A stretch of 64,000 nucleotides of DNA. Origin: Vulcanimicrobiota bacterium (GTDB lineage Bacteria; Vulcanimicrobiota; Vulcanimicrobiia; Vulcanimicrobiales; Vulcanimicrobiaceae). The stretch's first letter is position 1; each line of letters opens with the position of its first letter. The stretch is taken from positions 640,001 through 704,000 of the forward strand of contig CAVRQT010000002.1 of NCBI GenBank assembly GCA_963723515.1, written 5' to 3'. Shown in pieces: positions 20,552 to 29,775 of this stretch. The translations under genes were made by a program, and so were the position numbers. Below the pieces are notes generated by a model. That model worked only from the letters and a program-made list of their open reading frames with translations, was not told the DNA's origin and ran no database searches.

Positions 20552-22384
20552 ATGAGGGTGAAACGCCCGCTTTGCATTGCGTCGGCGGCCGTGCTTTTGA
20601 CCGCCCTGCCGGCGTTTGTCAACTCCGCTCCGCTGAGCGGTGTCGCACCCACAGATTGGGCTGCCCATTCGGTCGCCTCGCTGGCGTCTCGCGGCATCAT
20701 CCGCGGCTACCCGGACGGGCTTTTTCACGGCGACCGTTTGGCGACGCGCAACGAGATGGCGGCGGTCGTCTCTCGCGTGCTGGCGCAAGCTGAAGCTGAG
20801 GCCGCGCCAAAATCGGACCTCGATCGAACCGGGCAGTTGATCGATGCGCTTAAAGATGAGGTCGATGCGCTCAGCATGCGCGTTTCGCGTCTCGAAGAGC
20901 GCCTCCGTATGCCCCAGGAGCAAAGCTTTGGGCAGCAGCCAGCAATACGCCGCGCCCGCAGAGCGGAATCTGCGTCTGCTTCGAGAACTGCGGCGCGGCT
21001 TTCGAAGCCGATCACTCGAAACGAGGTTGCCGTCTTAGCTGACGGGGCGCTGCGCGAGCTGGGCGCGCGAGATGCGTCGAAGAACGACCTCGAAAACGCA
21101 CATCGTCGAATCGGCGCGGTGAGCGATCGGCTCGATCTCTTGAGCGCTCGAATTGCGCGCTTTGATCCGTTGCCCAGTGAGGAACATCTGGAGCCGATGG
21201 TGCGCATCCGGCGCGGCGGCCCACTCGTTGAAGTCTTCGATGAGTCGGCGCTGCGATGGGCCCGGCTTGAACAGACTGTTCAAGGATCGGTTGCCGGCAT
21301 CGCGTTTCATCCGGTTGAGGAAATTGCGACGCCGGCGCGCTTTAGCCTCATCGGGCAAGCGATCTTCGGCGTCAAGTCGATCGCGACGCTGCCGCCGGAG
21401 CTCGCGGTTCAAACGATTGCCAACCCGCAGGTCGCGCTTTCGCTCAATCGGTATTTGCCGAAATCGTTTCCCGTAATCGCGTTCAGCGCGCCGTTGGGAA
21501 CGCCGCTTGAGCTGCCCAATGTGACGAAGCCGGCGTCCTTTGGCAGCGCCTTGCTGTCTTCTGGTGTCCCGCGGTTAAACGCGCCGAACGGTTCGGCCGA
21601 TGCGCAGATCAGCGTCCCCGCGGCAACGATTGCTTTGCCGGCACTAGGTCGATCGACGCCGTTCTCCGTTCCAACGATTGGCTCGCAAGCGTATGGTTCC
21701 AATGGACAGCCGGTGGCGCCGCTCAACGTTCCGCAGCTTCGCGTGAATTTCACAATTCCGGCCCGTCTCGGCGATATCGCGACGCGAAATAATTTCGGCC
21801 TAGCGCATCTGCAAGGGCTCGATCGCAACGGATCAACGCAGTCGTGCTCGATCTTGCCTGCGCTTTGCGCCGCCGCATTCGGAAGCGGCTCCTTCGCGAC
21901 GCAACTGACGGCCTCAAGCGGATTTGACGTCCGTGCGTTGGGCCGCAACGTCTCGCTGAACTTTGGCGGGTCGTACGAGCAACTGCACCGACCGGCCGGT
22001 ACGGCTTTGCCATACGTTCCATACGATCCAGCCACCGACAATCGCGACTCGACGCTGATGAACTTCACGCCCATGACGTTCGATCCGAATTACGTTGACG
22101 TCTTGAAGCGTACGCTTAACGCCGCTGCGGCGGTGCCGCTCGCGCACGATCTAACGCTGAACCTGCAATATGATAAGGAGTATTACACGACTTCGTATCA
22201 GTCTTTTGGCCAGAACATCGATGAGCGGCGCGATTCGTATCTCGGAAATTTGACGTATACGTTTCCGAATACGTCGAGCACGATCGTCGTTTCCGCGAAA
22301 CAATACCGCTATCGCGATGCCTTTCTGCCGACCTATAATCAGACGCAAGACCGAGCGGATTTAAACTTCACGATCAAGTTCTGA
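20552..22384 (+). CDS. SLH-domain protein with C-terminal beta-rich region (OmpM/SLH-porin-like)
   Basis: Signal peptide; WA...L...GIIRGYPDG.F.GD...TRNEMA SLH motif; coiled coil; terminal LNFTIKF. Confidence 0.78.
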   Translation: MRVKRPLCIASAAVLLTALPAFVNSAPLSGVAPTDWAAHSVASLASRGIIRGYPDGLFHGDRLATRNEMAAVVSRVLAQAEAEAAPKSDLDRTGQLIDALKDEVDALSMRVSRLEERLRMPQEQSFGQQPAIRRARRAESASASRTAARLSKPITRNEVAVLADGALRELGARDASKNDLENAHRRIGAVSDRLDLLSARIARFDPLPSEEHLEPMVRIRRGGPLVEVFDESALRWARLEQTVQGSVAGIAFHPVEEIATPARFSLIGQAIFGVKSIATLPPELAVQTIANPQVALSLNRYLPKSFPVIAFSAPLGTPLELPNVTKPASFGSALLSSGVPRLNAPNGSADAQISVPAATIALPALGRSTPFSVPTIGSQAYGSNGQPVAPLNVPQLRVNFTIPARLGDIATRNNFGLAHLQGLDRNGSTQSCSILPALCAAAFGSGSFATQLTASSGFDVRALGRNVSLNFGGSYEQLHRPAGTALPYVPYDPATDNRDSTLMNFTPMTFDPNYVDVLKRTLNAAAAVPLAHDLTLNLQYDKEYYTTSYQSFGQNIDERRDSYLGNLTYTFPNTSSTIVVSAKQYRYRDAFLPTYNQTQDRADLNFTIKF

Positions 22385-23230
22385 TTGCGCACGCGTAGTT
22401 TGCTCGTCGCCGCAGCGCTCGTTTTGAGCGCTTTTGCGATCTTGCAATGCGCATCGGGCGCAATTTTCTCGCAAGCCGCCGCCCCGTTTTCGCTGCCCGC
22501 GCATCTCAGCTCGCAGTTCGGCGTCAGCGTCTATAGTGCGTTGGAACATTTCTGGGCGCCGGCATACGTCGAATCGATGCTGGCGCGCGCAGCACTCGCT
22601 CACGGCGATATCGCGGCAGCGCGCAACCACGTTGCAAAGATGCCCCCATCGAAAACACGCAGCGCGCTCGAAGGTCGAGTCGCCCTGGCGAGCGGTCAGC
22701 ATGCAGCCGCAGTCGCAGATTTCATTGCGGCGCTGGATATCGATCAGTTGCAAGCTGAGGTCGAGCGGTTGCAAAGCCGCGGCGACTTGATGCGCGCGTA
22801 CGAGCTGGAGAACCTAACACGCATGCGTCTCGCACAGGCCGGTACGCATCCCGACGCCGTAGCGGAGAGCTACTACCTGTCGGGCACCATTGCGCGCGCG
22901 CTCGCAAATCGCGCGCGACCGGCTGACGCACGGTGGTTGCGGGTTGCGTTGGCTGATTACCGTCAGGCGTACTCGCTTGCGCCGTGGTCCGGCAAATACT
23001 GGCTCGAGGCCGGCACGGGAGCGCTCGTGATCGGTCAATACGGCGACGCTCAGCGTTACTACCAGCATGCCGTCGAAGTCGATCCCCAGATGGCGGACGC
23101 GTACGCCGGCCTCGGCGTGATCGCTCTGCACGAGGGCAATCGCCAAAGCGCGCTTTACTATGCAGCGCGAAGCCGGTCGATCAATCCGGAGTCGACGATG
23201 TTGCGGCGTCTCGACCGCAGTTTGTACTGA
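22385..23230 (+). CDS. TPR-repeat protein, exported or membrane-anchored
   Basis: Hydrophobic N-terminus; TPR consensus (A..YY.HA.E.DP..A.AY..LG). Confidence 0.8.
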   Translation: MRTRSLLVAAALVLSAFAILQCASGAIFSQAAAPFSLPAHLSSQFGVSVYSALEHFWAPAYVESMLARAALAHGDIAAARNHVAKMPPSKTRSALEGRVALASGQHAAAVADFIAALDIDQLQAEVERLQSRGDLMRAYELENLTRMRLAQAGTHPDAVAESYYLSGTIARALANRARPADARWLRVALADYRQAYSLAPWSGKYWLEAGTGALVIGQYGDAQRYYQHAVEVDPQMADAYAGLGVIALHEGNRQSALYYAARSRSINPESTMLRRLDRSLY

Positions 23231-23258
23231 GCGTGGTCGAAGTAGCGTGGTCGAAGTA
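23224..23258 (+). repeat. REP-like hairpin copy (TAC-TGAG-CGTGGT-CGAA-GTA) with a tandem 14-bp duplication GCGTGGTCGAAGTA
   Basis: Same TGAG...GTCGAAG core as the copies at 46681, 46726, 49869, 55791, 59191 and 59275; 23231-23244 is identical to 23245-23258. Confidence 0.75.
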
Positions 23259-23274
23259 TGAACGCGCTCGGCAT

Positions 23275-24306
23275 ATGAAGGTCGCGATTGACGCGCAGCT
23301 CACGGTCGGCAGCGCAACCGGAATCGGGGAGTATGTAGCCGGACTGATCGGCGCGCTGCAACTGAGAGGGTTCGACGTCGCAATGTTGCGTGAACCGCGC
23401 CTTGACCCTTGGCGCTTCGACCGGCGACTGCTTTGGGATCAATTTCTGTTGCCGCGGGCGGCATCGCGTTCGGATGCCGACCTGCTGCATTGCGCCTCCG
23501 GCACGATGCCGCTCATGCATGGTTTGCCGTCGGTCGTCACGGTCCACGACGTCGCATGGCTTCGCGCACAAGGCCATGCGCGGCCGTATGCGCGTTATTA
23601 CTTCGGAAAGTTTTCGGCTGCGCGGTACACGCACGCCACGCGCGTCATCGTCGACAGCAGCTTCTCACGCGCAGAGTTGCTTGCATGCACGGCGGTGGAT
23701 CCGGCCTCGGTGGACGTCGTGCATCCCGGCGTGGCGAGCGATTACTTTTCGATCGTGCGCGCGAGAACAAATTATCCGTTCGTGCTGGCAGTCGGCACGG
23801 TCGAGCGGCGTAAGAACCTCGAGGTGCTCATTCGCGCGCTTGCAGGTCTGGAGCGTAACGTTCGGCTTGTCGTCGTAGGCCCGGGAACGCAATATGAAGT
23901 GGAGTGCCGGCAGCTCGCTTCGCAGATCGACGTCGCGGATCGCATCGATTGGCGCGGCTACATTGCGCGCTCTCAGTTGCTCGATCTCTTTGCGGGGGCG
24001 GCCGTCGTGGCAGTCCCGTCGCTTTACGAGGGCTTCGGGTACGCGGCTGCCCAAGCGCTCTGCGCAGGCACTCCCGTGATCGTTTCCGATGCACCGTCGC
24101 TGGTTGAAGTGGTCGACGGACGCGCGCCCGTCTTGGCTGCCGATGATGCAACTGCATGGACCGAGCAGCTGCGCGCAATCATTTCCGACGGCGATACCGC
24201 AGAAGAGCACGCGCGATCCATTCGAGATGATGCGATGACGCGCTTCAACTGGCGCGTCGCTGCCACGCAAACGTGTGAGGTTTACGAAAAAGCGCTCGCC
24301 GCCTAA
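23275..24306 (+). CDS. Glycosyltransferase family 4
   Basis: TGIGEY, VTVHD, VGTVERRKN and PSLYEGFG motifs; ATG at 23275. Confidence 0.92.
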   Translation: MKVAIDAQLTVGSATGIGEYVAGLIGALQLRGFDVAMLREPRLDPWRFDRRLLWDQFLLPRAASRSDADLLHCASGTMPLMHGLPSVVTVHDVAWLRAQGHARPYARYYFGKFSAARYTHATRVIVDSSFSRAELLACTAVDPASVDVVHPGVASDYFSIVRARTNYPFVLAVGTVERRKNLEVLIRALAGLERNVRLVVVGPGTQYEVECRQLASQIDVADRIDWRGYIARSQLLDLFAGAAVVAVPSLYEGFGYAAAQALCAGTPVIVSDAPSLVEVVDGRAPVLAADDATAWTEQLRAIISDGDTAEEHARSIRDDAMTRFNWRVAATQTCEVYEKALAA

Positions 24307-24318
24307 GCACTTTGCGGT

Positions 24319-25965
24319 TTAGTAAATGGGGGAACCGGGCGCGCCCGGAGCGACGCTGCCGTCGTCAGGCGCAAAGACCAATCGCAACGGATAACTCGAC
24401 CCCGCTTCCGGCATCGTATCGATCGAAACGCGAATGTAACCCTTGGCGGGAACGGTATACTGTCGCACTTTGTAGCGCGAGAACGCCGGAACACCATGCG
24501 ATTGCACGAGCACGCCGTCGATCAAGAACGTGCCCGTCGCACGGCCGCCACGCGGATTTTCGTAGATCGCGATTTGTTGCGGGCTGCGCGTCGGGTTGAC
24601 GATTTTAACTTGAAATGACTGTTGCACGCCGTAGTCGCCCGATAACGCTTCACCATGCAGCATGTTAGGCAAGGGCAGCTGACCAACGGGCAACTCCAAA
24701 TACGGGTCGGTCGTACTCCAGAGCGTCTCACGTGAGAATCGGGGCACCCGATAGATGCCGCGAGCGTGATGCACGCTGCTGATCAAGAGATCTTCGCTCG
24801 CAAGCGAAGCGTCCGGCGAATCGTTCCCATTCTGCGCGAAGAGCGTCAAGTGGACGGTCGAGCCGTTCAGCACGCGCAGCTGCAGAATGTTGCTGACGAC
24901 TGAGTGCGCCGGCATCGACTGCTCGATCAAGTTGACCGTCGAGTTCGCCGGTATGCTCACCAGCGCGCCTTCATTTTGAGCGACATGCGAGAGAAACCGC
25001 TGCGTGGCGATATGGCCGACCTCCATCTCATTGGTTCCGGGGCCGGCGCTGCCGCTGATGAACTGCACGACGGACGGCGCGCCCGACGTATTTTGCGCGC
25101 GAAGCACGATGCGCCGGTCGACCTGTCCGGGCGGATTGTAGTGGAAATAGAGAAAGCGCGAGGGAACGTCGCGCTGCAGATCGGCGGTGAAGAGCACGCC
25201 ATTCTCCAGCAGCGTCTCCGGGTAGTCGCTGACCATCAACGAATCCGGCAAAATCGGGGGCGCAGCATCGTTGTAGACGCGCACGTGCGTCCTGCCGGTA
25301 ACGCTGATCATGCCTTCGCCTTGCAAGATCACGGGCACGTCAACGTTCGTCACATTGTCCTGCGGCAAGGAGCCGTTCACGACGAGATCGTCGGGCGGCG
25401 CGATCACGGTTACGCCGGCTCTCGGTCTTGCAACTCTAGCCGCTGCCGCCGCTGCAATATCCCGGACGAAGCCAACGCTCGCCGGATTGCCGGTGATATG
25501 CACCGACGTTCCGTCGGCGATGTCGCCAGCCGTGTACGCAATGCGCACCGGAATGTCGCGCGTTACGCCACGGCCATCCTTAACTGTGACGGTCGTCGTC
25601 CCGATCGCCTTTCCGTTGACTGTGATGATGCGCGACCCTTGGTCGATGCTCGCCGCCAGCAGATTCGGATCGGCAACCGTCACGGTCGCTTCGCCGAAGA
25701 CGCCGTAGGCGTGCACTTGCGTAGTGCCGCCGACCGCCACCCCGGCTGACGGCGGGTCGGCGGTGATCGGCACGGGCGTTGCGGTTGTCGTCGGCGTCGC
25801 GGTTGGCGCGACTGTGGCGGCGGGTGACGGATTGGGCGCCGGTGCCGGCGCGGGCTCCTGCGCAAATGCGGACGCGCCGCCGATGAAAAGCCCAATTGCG
25901 AAAAGCCCGCCGAGTAAACTCGCGCGATTTCCGTTTGCATGACGCCTGATACTTTGCGGGTTCAC
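24319..25965 (-). CDS. Secreted hypothetical protein: Pro/Thr linker, Ig-like (pilus-assembly N-terminal-like) domain and large C-terminal domain
   Basis: Signal peptide ending AFA-Q; PAPAP/TPT linker; ITVNGKAIGTTTVTV strand pattern. Confidence 0.7.
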   Translation of the reverse strand: MNPQSIRRHANGNRASLLGGLFAIGLFIGGASAFAQEPAPAPAPNPSPAATVAPTATPTTTATPVPITADPPSAGVAVGGTTQVHAYGVFGEATVTVADPNLLAASIDQGSRIITVNGKAIGTTTVTVKDGRGVTRDIPVRIAYTAGDIADGTSVHITGNPASVGFVRDIAAAAAARVARPRAGVTVIAPPDDLVVNGSLPQDNVTNVDVPVILQGEGMISVTGRTHVRVYNDAAPPILPDSLMVSDYPETLLENGVLFTADLQRDVPSRFLYFHYNPPGQVDRRIVLRAQNTSGAPSVVQFISGSAGPGTNEMEVGHIATQRFLSHVAQNEGALVSIPANSTVNLIEQSMPAHSVVSNILQLRVLNGSTVHLTLFAQNGNDSPDASLASEDLLISSVHHARGIYRVPRFSRETLWSTTDPYLELPVGQLPLPNMLHGEALSGDYGVQQSFQVKIVNPTRSPQQIAIYENPRGGRATGTFLIDGVLVQSHGVPAFSRYKVRQYTVPAKGYIRVSIDTMPEAGSSYPLRLVFAPDDGSVAPGAPGSPIY

Positions 25966-25975
25966 CGCAATCGAA

Positions 25976-27598
25976 TCAGGCGATCTTCGCTTCCGGACGA
26001 ACGGCCGAAGCGAGCAACGTCTTATAGCCGACGCTTGGAAAGAGCACCGTGACCAGATCCTTTTCCGCTCGCTCCACGGTCCCTTGCCCCCACTTCGGAT
26101 GGTAGACGGTGTCCGCGATCCGGTAGCTCGAATCGCTCACTACGCTCAGCCCGTGCAGGCAGTTGTCGCACGCTCCACAGTTGCGCGACTCAAAATCCTC
26201 GCCGAAATAATTCAAGATGAACCGCCGCCGGCACGAGGTCGTCTCTGCGTACTGCAGCATCATCGCGAGCTTGCTCTGATCGTACGATTTCTTCGTTTCG
26301 TAATTCGTGAGATTTAGGACGAGGTCGCGGTTCTTCAGCGCCGCCTCGGTCAACGCGTATTTCGAGCGCGCGCGCGTTTCGATGAAGCCCGACTTCTTGA
26401 GGAGCGCCAAGATCACTTTGAGCTTCGTAAGCGGCAACTGCGAGATCTTTCGCAGATCGGTCAGTGAGACACCGTCGCTTTGGCCGGCGAAGTATTCGAG
26501 CGTTCCGAAGATCTTCTGAACCTCTTCAACGTCCGGATATTTGCCGGTCAAGAAGTAATTTTGAACGCGTGTGTCGCTCATCCGGTAAACGAGTACGCAA
26601 CGCGAGGGCAATCCATCGCGTCCTGCACGGCCGGCTTCTTGAGTATACGCTTCGATAGAGCCCGGCAGATCGTAATGGACGACGAAGCGGATGTTCGGCT
26701 TGTCGATCCCAAGACCAAATGCGTTGGTCGCCACAACTGCGCGGATCTTCTCGTCCATGAAGAGCTCGTGAACGTTGATCCGTTCGTGTTTCTGAAGCTT
26801 AGAGTGATACACCGCAGCCGGCACGCCGAGTGATTCTTCGAGATACCGCTGTACGTCGAGCGCATTCTTAATCGTGGCCGTGTAAATGATGCCGGTGCCC
26901 TCGAGCGCATGTTCAAAGAGCGCCTTGAGCAGCTTCAGTTTGTGCGCCTCACTTTCAGCGCGCCGTACCTCGTAGCGAAGATTTGGTCGGTCGAATCCTT
27001 TGACGACCGGCTTGACCTGTGGAATGCCGAGCTGATGCAAGATGTCTTCGCGAACCGCGGGCGTCGCCGTCGCCGTTAATGCGAGGACGGTGGGATGCCC
27101 AAGGCGTTCGATGATCGCGCCGAGCGCCAGATATGCCGGCCGAAAATCGTGCCCCCAGTGGCTGATGCAGTGCGCTTCGTCGACGACGAAAAGCGGGACG
27201 CGCAGCGAGCGCAGAAGTGCGACGAAGCCCTCATCCTCAAGCTTCTCGGGCGTGACGAAGGCGATCTTGATTTTGCCGCTGCCCAGGCGTTCCAGGGAAG
27301 CCGCTTCCTGGTCTTCCGAGAGCGTCGAATTGAATGCGACGACCTCTTTGATTCCAAGCTCGCGCAGCATGTCGCATTGATCTTTCATCAGTGCAATCAA
27401 AGGACTGACGACAACGGTCGTCCCATCCAGCAGCAATGCCGGGAGCTGGTACGTTAAACTCTTGCCGGCCCCGGTCGCTAAGATCGCAAGGCAGTCCTGC
27501 CCCGCAACGACCCGGCGCACGACCTCTTCTTGGCCCGGTTGAAAAGAGTCAAAACCGAACTTGTCGTGAAGAGCAGCTCGAAAATCCAATGAAACCAT
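25976..27598 (-). CDS. recQ: RecQ-family ATP-dependent DNA helicase
   Basis: TGAGKS, VDEAHCISHWGHDFRP, ALTATA, QEAGRAGRDG and CRR...CGACDNC motifs. Confidence 0.95.
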   Translation of the reverse strand: MVSLDFRAALHDKFGFDSFQPGQEEVVRRVVAGQDCLAILATGAGKSLTYQLPALLLDGTTVVVSPLIALMKDQCDMLRELGIKEVVAFNSTLSEDQEAASLERLGSGKIKIAFVTPEKLEDEGFVALLRSLRVPLFVVDEAHCISHWGHDFRPAYLALGAIIERLGHPTVLALTATATPAVREDILHQLGIPQVKPVVKGFDRPNLRYEVRRAESEAHKLKLLKALFEHALEGTGIIYTATIKNALDVQRYLEESLGVPAAVYHSKLQKHERINVHELFMDEKIRAVVATNAFGLGIDKPNIRFVVHYDLPGSIEAYTQEAGRAGRDGLPSRCVLVYRMSDTRVQNYFLTGKYPDVEEVQKIFGTLEYFAGQSDGVSLTDLRKISQLPLTKLKVILALLKKSGFIETRARSKYALTEAALKNRDLVLNLTNYETKKSYDQSKLAMMLQYAETTSCRRRFILNYFGEDFESRNCGACDNCLHGLSVVSDSSYRIADTVYHPKWGQGTVERAEKDLVTVLFPSVGYKTLLASAVRPEAKIA

Positions 27599-27639
27599 CC
27601 CGCTTACTCATAAGCGCTATTGCTGAGGCGTTTCTTCGT

Positions 27640-27648
27640 TGTGGATAA
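27640..27648 (-). promoter_or_regulatory. Perfect DnaA box (TTATCCACA) in the recQ/dnaX intergenic region
   Basis: TGTGGATAA on the + strand. Confidence 0.55.
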
Positions 27649-27767
27649 CGAAACGCAACTCCAGCACGATTATACCCGCGCCCTATTCCAATAAACGTCC
27701 GAAGAAAGCTGCCGGTTGCACCCCAAAGAAAGGCCCGGCGAATATTCTAAGCAACTTTCAGGGTTGT

Positions 27768-27902
27768 AGTGCACCGCCTCAGCCATAGCTTTATAGTCAT
27801 GCCGCCGCTTCGTCGCCGCTGCGTCGTGCCCCTCCTAAGCGAGCCCCCGGACCGCCACCAAAACGGCAATTTGGTGCAAACCTATGACTGAGTCGGTATA
27901 CT
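27768..27902. repeat. 25-bp imperfect inverted repeat (20/25) with an 85-bp spacer
   Basis: AGTGCACCGCCTCAGCCATAGCTTT (27768-27792) versus AAACCTATGACTGAGTCGGTATACT (27878-27902). Confidence 0.6.
27897..27902 (+). promoter_or_regulatory. Putative -10 box (TATACT) for a leaderless dnaX transcript
   Basis: TATACT ends 6 nt before the dnaX ATG; no Shine-Dalgarno sequence. Confidence 0.55.
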
Positions 27903-27908
27903 GAAACG

Positions 27909-29462
27909 ATGTCGCTTTATCGCACCTGGCGTCCCAAGACATTTGGGGAGCTCGTCGGCCAAGACGCCGTCGTTCGCACCCTCACCAGCGCGCTTGAAAC
28001 GGGCCGGCTCTCACACGCCTACCTCTTTTCCGGACCGCGCGGCTCCGGTAAGACTTCGGCTGCGAAAATCCTCGCGCGCTGCTTTAATTGCGTCCACGGA
28101 TCCACGCCGACGCCGGACAACACGTGCGAGAATTGCCTTGCGATCCTCAACGGCAGAGCGATGGACGTCGTCGAATTGGATGCCGCAAGCAATCGCGGCA
28201 TCGAGCAAATTCGCGATTTGCGTGAAGCCGTACAATTCGCGCCGGCGATGATGTCCAAGAAGATCTACATCATCGATGAAGCGCACATGCTGACCAAAGA
28301 AGGCGCGAACGCGTTCCTGAAGACGCTCGAGGAGCCGCCGGAGCATGCCGTCTTCATTCTTGCCACGACGGAGCCCGAAAAGCTTCCGCCGACGATTCTC
28401 TCGCGTTGTCAGCGCTATGCGTTTCGCCGCATTTCCGTGCCCGTGATGATCGAACGGATGCGTGAAATCGCAGCGGGAGAGAAGATTGAGATCGACGATG
28501 CGGCGCTTGGGGCGATCGCGTATCGGGCGGACGGCGGCTTACGCGATGCCTTAACGATGCTTGAGCAAGCCGCTGCCTTTGCCGATGGGCGCGTCACCGC
28601 CGAGACGATCGACGTGGCCTTCGGCATCACGGGCCGCGCCTATGCGGGTCGAATTTTGGACCAAATGTTAGCGCGCGATGCAGGCGCCGCGCTCAAGGCC
28701 ATCGATGAGGCCAGCGAGGCTGGCGTCGATCTGCAGGTCCTGAATCGAACGTTGATCGGCGAAATGCGCAACCTGCTTGTCGCGCGGATCGATCCGGATC
28801 TGCTCGCGCAAGATCTGCCGGCGGATGATGCCGAAGCTGCGATACGCCGCGCCGCTCAGACGACCCAGGTGCAGGTCATTCGCGCATTACGCCTGATGAC
28901 CGAAGCGCTCGCGACGTCGCGCGCTTCCGGTCATCCGCGGCTCGAACTCGAGAGCGCGCTGCTGCGCTTCATCCTGATTGCTGAGGATCCAACGCTCGAC
29001 GCTTTGTCCGCACGCGTCAGCGCGCTCGAACAAAGGCGAACTCAACCGCCGCCTGCGCATGCGGCTTCCGAACCACCAAGAAGCGCTCCGGTCGCCGTTG
29101 TGAAGAAACAGAATGCCTCGGCGACATTGCAAAAAGTCAAGGCGAGCTGGACCGCCGTTCGTACGCGAATCGAAACCGAACGCCAATCGCTGGCCATCCC
29201 GCTCTCGCATGCCGCGCTGGAGTCCGTCGAGGATAATGTCTTGACGATCCGCTTGAGCAAAGATTACGAGGCGGAGATCCTGCGCGAACATCAAGCGCTG
29301 ATCGAAAGCGCACTCGATGATGTGCTCGGCGCCTCAACGCGCGTCAATATTGTCGGACAGCGCAAGGCCCGCGGTCCGGCTCCGGCGCCGGAAGATACTG
29401 CGGCGAGCGAACCTGAGGCGCCGGTCGATCTGCTGCAATACGCGAGCGAACGGATACGATAA
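27909..29462 (+). CDS. dnaX: DNA polymerase III subunit gamma/tau
   Basis: LYRTWRP, GPRGSGKT, ELDAASN, IIDEAHML, LKTLEEPP and TILSRCQ motifs. Confidence 0.97.
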   Translation: MSLYRTWRPKTFGELVGQDAVVRTLTSALETGRLSHAYLFSGPRGSGKTSAAKILARCFNCVHGSTPTPDNTCENCLAILNGRAMDVVELDAASNRGIEQIRDLREAVQFAPAMMSKKIYIIDEAHMLTKEGANAFLKTLEEPPEHAVFILATTEPEKLPPTILSRCQRYAFRRISVPVMIERMREIAAGEKIEIDDAALGAIAYRADGGLRDALTMLEQAAAFADGRVTAETIDVAFGITGRAYAGRILDQMLARDAGAALKAIDEASEAGVDLQVLNRTLIGEMRNLLVARIDPDLLAQDLPADDAEAAIRRAAQTTQVQVIRALRLMTEALATSRASGHPRLELESALLRFILIAEDPTLDALSARVSALEQRRTQPPPAHAASEPPRSAPVAVVKKQNASATLQKVKASWTAVRTRIETERQSLAIPLSHAALESVEDNVLTIRLSKDYEAEILREHQALIESALDDVLGASTRVNIVGQRKARGPAPAPEDTAASEPEAPVDLLQYASERIR

Positions 29463-29466
29463 GGCG

Positions 29467-29772
29467 ATGAATCAAGCGCGGTTGATGCAGCAGATGCGCA
29501 AAATGCAGCAAGAGATGAGCAAGGCGCAAGAAGAGCTTGCAAACACAGTCGTCACGGGTGCAGCGGCTGGTAACGCGGTCACAATCGAAATGACTGCCGA
29601 CTACCACGTTAAACGGGTGACCCTCTCAAAGGATGCCATCGATCCGGACGATGCTGAGACGCTCGAAGATCTGATCGTCGTGGCCTTCAATGATGCACTG
29701 CAGAAAGCGCGCGCCGCGTCGGAAAGCCGCATGGGCGCCTTAACGGGCGGTCTGGGCATCCCGGGCTTGTAA
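29467..29772 (+). CDS. ybaB: YbaB/EbfC nucleoid-associated protein
   Basis: DPDDAETLEDLIVVAFNDA motif; located between dnaX and recR. Confidence 0.94.
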   Translation: MNQARLMQQMRKMQQEMSKAQEELANTVVTGAAAGNAVTIEMTADYHVKRVTLSKDAIDPDDAETLEDLIVVAFNDALQKARAASESRMGALTGGLGIPGL

Positions 29773-29775
29773 CCT

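Noticed and set aside
27600..27908. SRP RNA (ffs) or tRNA upstream of dnaX
   Set aside because: No CAGG-CCGGAAGG-AGCAG domain IV motif or cloverleaf on either strand; GTCCGAAGAAAGCTGCC is only a weak resemblance.
29125..29140. Programmed -1 frameshift site in dnaX
   Set aside because: Only CAAAAAG is present, not the A-AAA-AAG heptamer, and I saw no clear stimulator.
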